Assembly (NCBI GenBank): GCA_963665235.2 | Contig: CAXXLX010000001.1 | Span: 2,784,001 to 2,848,000 of the forward strand | Direction: 5' to 3' | Source of the DNA: Candidatus Poribacteria bacterium | Lineage (GTDB): Bacteria; Poribacteria; WGA-4E; WGA-3G | DNA length: 64,000 bases | Shown here: piece after piece, positions 39,253 to 49,600 of the stretch | How positions within the stretch are numbered: the stretch's first letter is position 1 | Layout: each line of letters begins with the position of its first letter | Notes under the pieces: generated by a model | Databases searched by the model: none | What the model saw: only the letters and a program-made list of their open reading frames with translations | Told to the model about the DNA's origin: nothing | Made by a program: the position numbers and the translations under genes

Positions 39253-40959
39253 TTACGTATTTCTTCGTTGTATAAACCCGCGTAAACCTATCAACAAACC
39301 GACAGACAGAAGTGCCACCAAAGGCGGGTAGATAAACCTTTTTGAAGACGGAACCGGTTCCAACACAAAAGTATACCAACTTGAGATAGCACGTTTCGTC
39401 TCAACGTCACCATTTCCACCATCCCATGCTGAAAAAGCGATAGGCACAAAGACACCCGGTTCAAGCTGAAGGTCTTTGTTATCCGAGGTTTCTAAGGCAC
39501 GTTTAACCCATAGTCTGTATTGTCCATCGGTATATTCACCTTCTACCTGGAGGTCGCTCTGTTTTTCCTGTATCTCTGCGTTGTTTATACCTTTAGCCGT
39601 AAGTTCTGTCACCTGCTGCGGTGCGGAAGCCTTCCAGTGCCACAGGTAAACAGCCATCCTACCCCCCCAAAGGAAATACGGTTTCGGAGCTGTCGGACCC
39701 TTCGGCACCTTCACCGGAAATTGAATCGCTATTGCGTCCTCAAACGTTTTACCCGACTCTTCGTCACCTTCAACTGCAGTATTATGCGTACGGTCATCCC
39801 ATATAAACAGAAACGCCACCTCGGTATCGTTATAAAACGATTTGACATTAACCGAGTCAATTGATGGATTGAACTGCCGCGGCTCAATGATAACCTGCCC
39901 CACAAGCGGAAAATAGCTCGCTTCAAGCGTCTCCCAAGCCGCATCCGCTAACGCTGGCAAATCACCCGCTGTCCATTGTGACCGAAGCACGTTGTTACCA
40001 ATCGCTGCAGCTGGACGTTTTTCTGGAGAAAGTGATTTCACATAGTTCGCCAGATGCCAGCTCTTACTATAAAACGCTTGCATCGCTTTATCATACATCT
40101 GCTTCTGTTCTTCAGTCGCACTGCCTTCCGCTACCAAGTCTAAAACGTCGAAAGCATTTCCCATTTTTTCATCGAGTTGTGCATATTCCTCTTCTTCCTC
40201 CGCTGTCATTTCCGATTTACTATCCAATTCGGTATAACGTGTCGCTTCCTCCACCGTTAAGCCGAAAGAAGCGTCCTCAAACATAGGCATTGCAGAACCA
40301 GCGATGCCACCGATAAACCGTCTGAAAATGTCCGCCGTGTCGCTGCCACCTCTGAAATTCCAGCTTTCGGTCAGATTCGCCGGCCAGCTCTTAAAACCCC
40401 ATTCATCCTCCAGGGTTGGAGCGGACGTCCCATCACCGCGCCCTACCTCACCGTGACATTCAAAACAGGCGAATTGTGTATAAAGCGATTTACCAATTTC
40501 AACGCTCTCTGCGGAATAAGCAATTTTACCCGACAAACTGATTTGCCGTAGCGGGGTCTCACTCGTCTTAAAACCCTCATAGAACGTCTTAATATAGGCT
40601 ACCACTTCCCAACGCTCGTCTGCGCTCAGCGAAGTTTCCCAGCCAGGCATAGATGAACCGGGCATCCCTTCCGTAATAATGTCAAACAAATCCCGATCGG
40701 TTGGAAGCTCACCACCCTCTGTAGACCGGATTTTATACAAACCACGGGTGAAATCCCTCGGCCTCGGCAAAAGGTTTTCCGCCGCACTCCCATCGCCCCG
40801 GCCCTCAACACCGTGACAGTGTGCACAGCTTTTCTCATAAACCGTCTTCCCTTCTTCGGAGGCTTCTGGAGCGTTCTGAGCATGTGTTAACGAAACCCAG
40901 CAGAGTGTACCTACTATTCCCAAAATTAACACGAAGAGGGCAACATGTTTTGTTCTCAT
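39253..40959 (-). CDS. Membrane-anchored diheme cytochrome c fused to an EB_dh/DOMON-like heme-b domain
   Basis: CAHCH and CFECH; PRDFT.G.YK.RST; C-terminal DAIAIQFP...FSAWDG..E..R..S.W and TM. Start ATG 40959 after a GGAGG RBS. Confidence 0.82.
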   Translation of the reverse strand: MRTKHVALFVLILGIVGTLCWVSLTHAQNAPEASEEGKTVYEKSCAHCHGVEGRGDGSAAENLLPRPRDFTRGLYKIRSTEGGELPTDRDLFDIITEGMPGSSMPGWETSLSADERWEVVAYIKTFYEGFKTSETPLRQISLSGKIAYSAESVEIGKSLYTQFACFECHGEVGRGDGTSAPTLEDEWGFKSWPANLTESWNFRGGSDTADIFRRFIGGIAGSAMPMFEDASFGLTVEEATRYTELDSKSEMTAEEEEEYAQLDEKMGNAFDVLDLVAEGSATEEQKQMYDKAMQAFYSKSWHLANYVKSLSPEKRPAAAIGNNVLRSQWTAGDLPALADAAWETLEASYFPLVGQVIIEPRQFNPSIDSVNVKSFYNDTEVAFLFIWDDRTHNTAVEGDEESGKTFEDAIAIQFPVKVPKGPTAPKPYFLWGGRMAVYLWHWKASAPQQVTELTAKGINNAEIQEKQSDLQVEGEYTDGQYRLWVKRALETSDNKDLQLEPGVFVPIAFSAWDGGNGDVETKRAISSWYTFVLEPVPSSKRFIYPPLVALLSVGLLIGLRGFIQRRNT

Positions 40960-40961
40960 CT

Positions 40962-41738
40962 TTAGTGTCCCTCCCCAAAGGTTCGTGGCTGATAACCGGT
41001 ATAATCCGACAGAAAGAGGATAACATCCCAAATCTCTTCCTGTGTTAGATAATCTTCCCAAATAGGCATTGCCGAATTCCACGGCGTGCCAGCTGCGGGT
41101 AACCCCGGACCGCCCTTCGCTATCCGCCAAAAGAAGAAAGATTCTTGGAAATTGGGAATAATCCCTGGGTCTTGGAAATTAGCGGGGAGCGGTTGGAGAT
41201 AGGGGGCAAAATGCCCCTGCCCATCCAAATGATCGCCGTGGCAATAAAAGCAGTTCTGATAATAAACGCGTCTACCGTTCTCCACATGTGCCTTAAATTT
41301 CTCCAGATCATCTTTTTCATAGTGACGGTGCGGATTTACAACATCCTGCATCGACCCGATAACCTCATCTTTATAGGTCAACTCAAGCGGCGGCGATGGG
41401 TGTGCATCACGCGGGTCACCAGGCGGGTTTGCTCGTTGTGCAATAATCGAGTAGGTATACCCAAGCAGGAGAAGTGGAATCAACACGAATAACACGCGGC
41501 GGCGCATCCGGCGATTGTCATCAACTAAAGTTTCGTGGATAGGACGTAAAAATTCCCGAAATCGTGAATCCTCAACGGAGATATGCACCAAGATAGCGAT
41601 GAAAATCAACCCCATATACATCGCAATCACACTGCCCGGTATGGGGACTGAAATAACGTTACCAACGACAAATCGCAGGAACACCCAGCATCCAACGAAA
41701 ATTATAGCACATACTGTGAAAAGAGATGGCTTTTTCAT
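40962..41738 (-). CDS. Membrane-bound monoheme cytochrome c
   Basis: Three N-terminal TMs, CFYCH, SAMP. Confidence 0.88.
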   Translation of the reverse strand: MKKPSLFTVCAIIFVGCWVFLRFVVGNVISVPIPGSVIAMYMGLIFIAILVHISVEDSRFREFLRPIHETLVDDNRRMRRRVLFVLIPLLLLGYTYSIIAQRANPPGDPRDAHPSPPLELTYKDEVIGSMQDVVNPHRHYEKDDLEKFKAHVENGRRVYYQNCFYCHGDHLDGQGHFAPYLQPLPANFQDPGIIPNFQESFFFWRIAKGGPGLPAAGTPWNSAMPIWEDYLTQEEIWDVILFLSDYTGYQPRTFGEGH

Positions 41739-41753
41739 AGTTTACCCCCTTAG

Positions 41754-43286
41754 TTATTCCGTTGTAGTTTCTGCCGTATCAGCCGATTCAGCCTCAGCTG
41801 TCGCTGTTTCACCGGTCAATGTGCTTAAAAAAGCGAGCAAATTCGCCATATCCGCTACCGATAAAATTATCGGAAAGTTCTCAGGCATCGGCGACTTGAC
41901 GAGCAACCTTTTGCCAGAAGCGAGTGTCAAAATAGCCTCTTGCAGATCAAAAACATCGAAAAGCTCTTCGCTGCCATCCACTATTATAACAATTTCATCA
42001 TCGTCCATCGTCCCAGACACGTGTTCCCCAACAATCTGTTCATCCTCATAGTCTGTAAGGGTCATCTGCTTTTTCACATCCGTTTTAGACAACGTTTGCG
42101 TTTCCTCACCGACTTTGAGCGTCACAGTGCCCTCTGTTTCCGAAACGAGTTCGCCACTTACGGGGGCATCCGCATCTAAAGGCGTTAGCGTCAATGTGAA
42201 ATACCCCTTAGCCTTGAGATTTGACAGCTCCTCTATCGGTTCCTCGTCAAAATCACTCAGCAACAGGGTGTATTCCTCCTCTGTACCATCAGCGGCTTTT
42301 GTACGGACGACAATCTTTTCCGTATCTTGCGAGACAAGCGTCCCTTCATAAGTTACGCCTTTCACTTTTACCTTAACTGTTCCGTAGCCGCTAACAATTT
42401 CGGCATCCGGTTTTAGGATAGATTCCTCAAGATAACGTAACTCGTTAAAGGCTGCAATTTCGGTTAGTTCGGGGGCAGTGACAATTTCAAAGTCTTCACT
42501 CACTTCTCCCGCCTTCGGGTCTTCTAGACCTTTTATCACGTGGCACGAAATACATGCAGCCGAGATAAAGACCTCTTTCCCAAGCTCAGGGTCGCCAGTA
42601 AGCAGCGGGGGAAGTGCTTCCGCTGTTGCTCCTACGTCTGTTCTATCAATCGGTTCAGTAAACGGCTCTGGGTCAATTTCACCACCTTGACTTTGTAGAA
42701 AAGCGATGACCGCTTGAATCTCCACCTTTGTGAGTGCAATCGGGTTTTTCCACACCTCCGGCATAATCTTACCGTACCCGGGGACTAAATACTTACTCGG
42801 TTCATACAGCGATTCAATTAGATATGTCTTTGCATCTACACCGGGCTGACGGGTTGCAGCGTTTATACCGATATCTGTCAAATCCGGACATCTACCTTTC
42901 GGAGCGGAGGTATCCAACGTGTGACAAGCAGCACACTGCCCCTTTCCGTTAAAAATTGCTGCACCTAGCTCGGCTACCGCATCCGGATCGCTCCAATCCA
43001 ACTCTGTTAAAGTCCCCACAGCTGTCGACGTTTCTGGAACAAGCCCCGCTACAAAGGCGTAAAACCAGATAACAGCAAGCGAGAACGTCAACAATTTCAT
43101 GACGTTGGACCACAAAACGATATTCACCACCACTGATACGATAAACCAGACCGACCACGGCAGTAATTGCTCCGAAGCAATTGGGAATGCAGGGGCCCCA
43201 GCAATATAGGCGATGAAACTCACCACCATAACGATGAGACTTGCAACTTTTATGAGCGTGTTTTTTGACATTTTGGTCTCTTCCAT
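41754..43286 (-). CDS. Membrane-bound diheme cytochrome c
   Basis: N-terminal TMs, CAACH, CISCH, IMP/PMP axial Met regions, acidic beta-rich inserts. Confidence 0.88.
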   Translation of the reverse strand: MEETKMSKNTLIKVASLIVMVVSFIAYIAGAPAFPIASEQLLPWSVWFIVSVVVNIVLWSNVMKLLTFSLAVIWFYAFVAGLVPETSTAVGTLTELDWSDPDAVAELGAAIFNGKGQCAACHTLDTSAPKGRCPDLTDIGINAATRQPGVDAKTYLIESLYEPSKYLVPGYGKIMPEVWKNPIALTKVEIQAVIAFLQSQGGEIDPEPFTEPIDRTDVGATAEALPPLLTGDPELGKEVFISAACISCHVIKGLEDPKAGEVSEDFEIVTAPELTEIAAFNELRYLEESILKPDAEIVSGYGTVKVKVKGVTYEGTLVSQDTEKIVVRTKAADGTEEEYTLLLSDFDEEPIEELSNLKAKGYFTLTLTPLDADAPVSGELVSETEGTVTLKVGEETQTLSKTDVKKQMTLTDYEDEQIVGEHVSGTMDDDEIVIIVDGSEELFDVFDLQEAILTLASGKRLLVKSPMPENFPIILSVADMANLLAFLSTLTGETATAEAESADTAETTTE

Positions 43287-43361
43287 ATCTGTCCTTGCCG
43301 CCAGATGTTTTGCACGTTGCGTAGACTTGCATGTCCGCGAGTGTCTGTTCCTATCTGTCCG

Positions 43362-45281
43362 TTAATCGTCACCCTCTACAGCGGCCGCTTCTTCCACAAC
43401 CGCCGCTTTCTGCTTCCGCTTTTCACCCCACAAACCGAGCCAGAAGATAAACCCAACCAGAGCGAAGAAGATAACCATAATAATCGCTACCATGTTCACC
43501 GCCTCGCCGAGAAGGGGTGTAAAGGCATCAGGCGATGTATCCTTCATGACTCCGAAGATATGCCACGCTTCTCTAAGGCCCGAGCGTGCATACCCCATCA
43601 ATCCCATAAGCGATGTAAACGTAACCGCAATCAGGATTAAAACGTATTGTGAACGCTCCGTCATCTCACCCCACTTAATAGTGCCAGATGTCGTCGCTTT
43701 GCGGTACATAAAAATATCCACAACAGTCACAACCGCCATCACCGCAAGCGCAATTAAGACCTGATAGGGGGTCAGAATATTGACACGCAAATCTGTCGGA
43801 ACAGAAAATCCAACGATGCCAATAACCACAATCGAAATCACAGCGAGAAAAAGAACCGCGGAAATCGTAACGTTACCAACCTTTTTCCAACTCGCCGTAG
43901 GTGTCTTCCCTGAACGCCGATAAAATAGAAAACTCAAAAAAGTCGTCAGAATAATGATGTTAACAGCCGTATTTTTGGCGGTCATCAACCCAAAAAGACC
44001 GAGGTGTGGATGATTTGCACCGCCCATCGCACTCAGTTCGCTTGCAGTTGAAATCTTAGAGAGCGTCCGCGGCGTCATCCAAATAGCAACACAGATAATG
44101 ATAATCGTAATCATATACGGACGATACCGCGCATAAATCTCCGCACCTTGGATACGTCCCATGCCTGACCACAGATAATAGTTCGCACCAATAAACAGCA
44201 CACCAATCATCACAGCTTGAATGATAAACAGCCACGAAAACAGACTACCCATCATGTTGATGCCCATCGTATTATTGAACATGTAGATTTCTCTACCGAG
44301 CCAATAACCGAGAAAGGGCAGCGGAATAAGACCACACAGCGCGATAAAGTTACCAGTATACCCCATCCAATCGTAATGTGCTTTATCCTCTTTCGTCTTC
44401 GCAACGAGGAAACGGAACGCAGCATACGCGGCCACAATTGAACCACCGAACGCTATATTACCAACCAGCCGGTGGATATTTACAGGCATCCACGTGAAAT
44501 TGTTGACAGCATCCCAAACAGTTCCCATGAACTCGCCGGTCGTCTCGTTATGGAGTGGAACCATTGTATGACTCGTAACCCCCTCCATGGCCGTTTCAGG
44601 CGTTAGCGATGGGTCTGCCTCCAATTTCTCCGCTATCCAAGACTTACGCCGCCCTTCAGAGAGCACGCCGTATTGGGTTGCAGGACTGGTTTGGTAACTT
44701 AACCATGAATTAGAGACAAACATAATCGCTGTGCCGAACACGTTTAAAAGCACGCCGAGAAACAGGTGCCATCCTTTGTGCCTACCCTGCATCTTATCCC
44801 AACCGTAGGAGTAGAGATAGAGCGTAAACGTCTCCCCAAAGAACAGCAGCACATAGAAAAACATTGTCGGCCCGAAGATACCGCTCAACTTGCTCATCAC
44901 CTTCGGATAACACCATATAAGGATAAAAACGAGAACGCCGCCGAGCAAGGCTGTTGTCGAAAACGCCCCCATACAGAGTTTGATAAATTCTTGTGCCATC
45001 CGGTCATATCGCTCGTCCTTTGTTTTCCAACCGATAAATTCAATGATAACAGCGAACATCGGCACACCGAGGATAAAAGAGCCAAACAACAGGTGTAGTT
45101 GTGCAGCAATCCACGCCGCGCTTCGGCTACCAATCTTCGGAAACGGACGGTATTCAGCCTCAGTCAGGTCCTTCGTCTCCTGCGCGAACCCAGGAACAAC
45201 AACCAATAACGCCAAACCGAGCAGCATAAAACCGAGGATGAGGAAAAGTCTCTTTTTCGTTAGAGAAGGGCAACAACGCAT
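43362..45281 (-). CDS. Cytochrome bd-like oxidase subunit I (CydA-like), no CydB partner
   Basis: AQLHL.F..F..G (His19-like), SWLSYQTSP, NIHR (His186-like), GLMGYARSGLREAW replacing GRQPW; about 13-14 TMs. Confidence 0.8.
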   Translation of the reverse strand: MRCCPSLTKKRLFLILGFMLLGLALLVVVPGFAQETKDLTEAEYRPFPKIGSRSAAWIAAQLHLLFGSFILGVPMFAVIIEFIGWKTKDERYDRMAQEFIKLCMGAFSTTALLGGVLVFILIWCYPKVMSKLSGIFGPTMFFYVLLFFGETFTLYLYSYGWDKMQGRHKGWHLFLGVLLNVFGTAIMFVSNSWLSYQTSPATQYGVLSEGRRKSWIAEKLEADPSLTPETAMEGVTSHTMVPLHNETTGEFMGTVWDAVNNFTWMPVNIHRLVGNIAFGGSIVAAYAAFRFLVAKTKEDKAHYDWMGYTGNFIALCGLIPLPFLGYWLGREIYMFNNTMGINMMGSLFSWLFIIQAVMIGVLFIGANYYLWSGMGRIQGAEIYARYRPYMITIIIICVAIWMTPRTLSKISTASELSAMGGANHPHLGLFGLMTAKNTAVNIIILTTFLSFLFYRRSGKTPTASWKKVGNVTISAVLFLAVISIVVIGIVGFSVPTDLRVNILTPYQVLIALAVMAVVTVVDIFMYRKATTSGTIKWGEMTERSQYVLILIAVTFTSLMGLMGYARSGLREAWHIFGVMKDTSPDAFTPLLGEAVNMVAIIMVIFFALVGFIFWLGLWGEKRKQKAAVVEEAAAVEGDD

Positions 45282-45304
45282 TCTTTCGTTTCTCTCAAAA
45301 TGTT

Positions 45305-45327
45305 AGTAGTAGGGCAATTCATTGCCC
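45305..45327. repeat. GTAG-type REP-like hairpin; related copy at ~55455..55479
   Basis: GTAGTA-GGGCAAT-TC-ATTGCCC. Confidence 0.55.
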
Positions 45328-45359
45328 GTTCCGTTTCACTAGCCTTAAAACACAGGCAC

Positions 45360-46124
45360 CTATTTTTTCGGCTTAGGTTTCTTAAAGTCCGTGCTTTTGA
45401 AGCTGACAGCAACGTCACCACTTTCAGGCACGTCAACGGTTTTATTCGCCGAGCCGAGTTCTTCATGCCATGCAATCACGCGTGCCTTACCAGCAGGCAC
45501 ATCTTTCAACGTATATTTGCCAGTGTCCGCAGACTTTTCGTATGCATCCGGACTAATCCACTTACCTTTATCATCTTTCTGCCCGGTTACCGTAAAATAG
45601 TTGCTATTCACAGCGACAATGTAACCGCTCATCCAGGAATGGATATCGCATGTCAACTTAATCGGTTCCGCTTTCGTAATTTTGTACGGGATAATTATCC
45701 CCGGTTCCGGGACCTGAAAGTTTGGCGCGTCGTTCTTCGTAGCGTGAGAGTGGACATTGTGTGCAACCGGGTCACTGGAGGTCACATCAACGGTAACGCC
45801 TACAGGCACTGCAAGGACATGCGGAAGATACCGGCAGCCTTTTTGGTCCATCACAAACTTTTTCTTTGGCACTGTGACTTTAGCCCCGCGAACGCGAACA
45901 GAAATCACAACGTTCTGGATACCTTTGCCTTTTGAAACAACAAGCACTTCAGATTTCTTCCCCTTTACTGCGTCGACACAGTGTTGGTCCTTAGTAGCCT
46001 TTAGCATTGCCCGTGCTGGTGCATCACCTTCATACAGGACGGTGCCAGTGATATTCCCAGCAAGTGCTACACTCGCCACTGTTCCAAAAACAAATAAAAT
46101 CGTTAGGATTTTTAAGGTTTTCAT
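45360..46124 (-). CDS. Secreted carboxypeptidase-regulatory-like / cupredoxin-like protein (paralog 2)
   Basis: Signal peptide, DQKGCRY.PHV, HNVH, CDIHSWM, WHE. Confidence 0.75.
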   Translation of the reverse strand: MKTLKILTILFVFGTVASVALAGNITGTVLYEGDAPARAMLKATKDQHCVDAVKGKKSEVLVVSKGKGIQNVVISVRVRGAKVTVPKKKFVMDQKGCRYLPHVLAVPVGVTVDVTSSDPVAHNVHSHATKNDAPNFQVPEPGIIIPYKITKAEPIKLTCDIHSWMSGYIVAVNSNYFTVTGQKDDKGKWISPDAYEKSADTGKYTLKDVPAGKARVIAWHEELGSANKTVDVPESGDVAVSFKSTDFKKPKPKK

Positions 46125-46223
46125 AATTTTTTTCTCCTTAATATAGTTTTCTCTTATATGTTAACACCCTAGGAATTGGGAATGCAACCGTGAAAAAACA
46201 AACGTCACGGATATCCGTGTCCA

Positions 46224-46589
46224 TTACGGGCGGAACATCTCCTTAATATAGGCAAGAAGCTCCCGTTGTTCTGCTTCATTGAGGTAGTAGTAAAATGCAG
46301 GCATATCGTTTTTACCGGTGTTGATGCTCTCAAGCAGCTCTTCATCGTTGTGCACTTCCCACAAAGTGGTATCCGTTAAATCGGCAGGGTCTAATTTTTT
46401 GAAGCGACCAATCCGTCCGTTGCCCATTCCATCGTTACCGTGGCATCCAGCACAATATCTTGCATATTTATACTCCACCTCTGACTGATACTTCGTGCTC
46501 GGGTCAACCTGCTTCCCTAACCATATTAATCCGTTCAGCCACACAGCAATCATGATGATTACGATGACAAGGTGTTTCATAATACCCAC
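46224..46589 (-). CDS. Monoheme cytochrome c
   Basis: N-terminal TM, CAGCH, MPAF. Confidence 0.88.
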   Translation of the reverse strand: MGIMKHLVIVIIMIAVWLNGLIWLGKQVDPSTKYQSEVEYKYARYCAGCHGNDGMGNGRIGRFKKLDPADLTDTTLWEVHNDEELLESINTGKNDMPAFYYYLNEAEQRELLAYIKEMFRP

Positions 46590-46635
46590 TCCTCAGCCAG
46601 CGTAAAAATGGGCAAATCGCACTTCTGGGCAGACA

Positions 46636-49600
46636 CTATTGCCCAAGTGAAATTAGGTAATCCCGAACCAATTGTATCTGTCTTTCAGCGTCATTATCAG
46701 CATAACCTTCAACAGCCATGTGTTTTCCATCTATGAGCGGCCATGCCTGTGGCATCGCAGTACCACGTTGGAACGACTGCGGGTCTTTCATCCAATCAAT
46801 TAACCAATCCACCTTAAGCCGGTCCTTCGCCAAAGAGAGGTCTGGCCTGCCCGCTTTATCACTACCATCTGGAATGACTTCACCTTTTGCAGGGTGACAC
46901 GAGATACACTGTAGTTTGTCAAAAATTTGTTTACCCACTATCAAATCTGCTCGCGTTGGGGTTGGCGATTCAAGCGTTTCGTAAGGGAACGGTTCATCAT
47001 CCAGAGCAGAGAAATATTTAACAAGCGTGGTCGCTTCATCATCCGATAGCCCGAAAGTCGGCATCCGCACCTTCAGTCCATAGCGGATATCGGAGGGATT
47101 CTTAAGGAACGCAAACAGCCACTCCGGATAGACTCGTGCCCCTTCAGCTTGCAAAGGCGGCGGCGAGAACTGCTTCGCAGTCGTCTGATCGAGTCCTTCA
47201 TGGGCTATAATGACATCCCGATAATCGCCACCTTCACCTTCAATCTCGTGGCATCCGGTACAGTTATATTTTTTTACCAAACGTCTACCCGCATCAATCT
47301 GGTTCTGTTTCTCCACCTGCATCGGTTGCGCTGCATGCTTATAGATATAGTTGAGCGGATACTTCTCCGGTTGGAAACTCTTTAGGAGCACAGCCAGAGC
47401 TCTTGCCTCCGCGTCGTTAACCTGAAAAACAGGCATGCGCGACATAATCCGCCGGGTTTGATACCGGCGCGGGTTAGTAATCTTCCCAATTGTCCAACCG
47501 TGCCAACTGTGCTCAACATCCGCCGCCACCGTGTCCCCGAAATCAAACTCTTCGGTCATTTTTGCCCCAAATTCTCCGAGGTCCGCCCCGACTTTGGATT
47601 CATTCTCAAAACCCGGAATTTCGTGACATCCGAAACACCCGTAAGTCCTGACGAGCTTCTCACCCTCTGCTACGTCCACCTCTCCGACTGACTCCGTAAC
47701 AACGTTAAGTGTTTCCTTTTGCAGGCTCATCAGATACGCAACGACGTTGTCAACCTCACGCGTGCTCAACCGCAAGCTCGGCATAGCTGTATCAGGGTCA
47801 TAAGCTTTCGGGTCGATAATCCATTGGCGCAGATAGTTCGGTGTAACCTTTGTACCGACGCTGTCAAGTGCCGGCCCGAAATCACTGCCCAGGTCACCCA
47901 CGGTGTGGCACGTTAGACAGCCCACCGTTTTCACTGTCTCTTCACCCGCTCTAATTGCCCTTTCAGATGTAGAATATGTTCCTGAGGCTTCGTCCAACGT
48001 TGTATCTGTCCGCTCAGCAAGATAGGCAGCGATAGATTTGACCTCATCAACGACCCGCGCCACAGCATCCTCCGCGTACGGATACGTCGTCCCATCGTCC
48101 GCTCTAACGACATAGCCGGTCTCAGTTTTCGTAACTGCACCGGTCCGCTGTCCACCATTTTTGAGATAAACAATTTGGCTCATGCCATCAGCAGGGAAGA
48201 AATTCGGCATTGTCGTCTCAGGCAGATACGCCTCCGGTTTCTTAATCCAACTCTCAAGCCATGCCGTATCTTTTACCTTACTTCCAACTTTTTCGAGTGA
48301 TGGACCAACTTTACCAATCGTGTCAATCGCGCTGTAACCCTCAACCGCGTGACATCCATGGCAACCGAGGTCTTCAAACAGAGCGAGGCCCTCGGTAAGA
48401 TTCGGAGCGTAGTCCTCCGGGGCATTTGTGTCAGGGTTCACACCGTAATCTAACTTCATCACACCATCGTGGCAGCGGCGACAATTAGACTCCATGTACC
48501 CCTTCGTCTCTTCAGATGCACTGCCGGTGTGTTCATCTAATCCTAAAACAGGCGTGAGCCAATATTCTGCGTGCGTTAAAGCATGCGCAGCTTTCTCTGT
48601 CAATGCCTGTCCTTGCCCACCATGGCACGGAGTACATCCGAATCTATCAACCGGGTGTTTTGCAAGGAGCACATCCCGATGCGAATGCGTTCGAAGCACT
48701 GAGGCGTAGTCAGTTTCATAAGCAATTTCAACTACCCCGAAAACATCCGGATCTGTGAACGTGAGCGTACCATCCCCCGCCAATGTGTATTCTTCCGTCT
48801 CCGCCTCAAAATCGTCAATTAAAATTGACTCGCTGCCCACTTTAACCCTCGGATGCTTGAGTTGAACGACAACAAGGTTGTCACCATCACCCTCTATCTC
48901 AAACGTCTCCTGCGCAGCATGGTCGTACCCACTTTTGTCTATCGCGAAATGGCATGTCGTACACCTATCCGCCGTATAGGCGAAATCTTCAAGATAGTAT
49001 TGAACAATACTACGGGTTTTCCGAAATGGGTTTTCTAACAGACTCCCGAGGAAATTCCGCTTGATACCGCCCACATCATGCAGCTTTTCTTGCAGCCGCG
49101 TGACTGCCTCATGACGCGCTTTGTTTGCCTGAACCGTTGCCAATTCCGCTTGTGCCGCGCTAATACCACTCTGGATATCTGCATCGGCGGGTTTATATTT
49201 CTGGGCAACTAGATAAATACTCAGTGCTTCCTCTGGGTTACCGTTTTCTTGATGGAACGCTGCTAACGCCTTATTTGCCTCTGCAAAGGTAGCTTGTGCT
49301 TCTATAATAGCAGCTGTCAGCTCACCTTCAATCTGGGATTCCAGAGCATCCAATTCCTTCTTCCATTTTTTGACTTTTGCATCCTGCTCACCCGAGCCCT
49401 GTTCCTTGGCTTCATGGAGACTATGCTGGTATTTATAGTTAATCGCATCTGATTCGCTCTGCCGGAACTTCCGTTCTTGGAGGGCCTCATCAAGCGTAAC
49501 TTGCTTGTTTCTTACCTCCTTCTCTAATTCCCGAAGTTCTTTGGTATCAACCTCTCGCGCCTCCGGGATATCGGGCAGGTCTTGCATGGCAATTTCCAAT

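Noticed and set aside
40960-41130. Long N-terminal extensions in the ORF track (also 6376..6576, 59922..60020, 31027..31107, 5537..5629)
   Set aside because: They overlap upstream genes or lack an RBS; downstream starts, most with a clear RBS, fit the signal peptides and domain boundaries better.
39253-45281. Evidence that the organism oxidises nitrite or ethylbenzene
   Set aside because: No molybdopterin alpha or Fe-S beta subunit is in the window; an EB_dh-like domain alone does not define the substrate.
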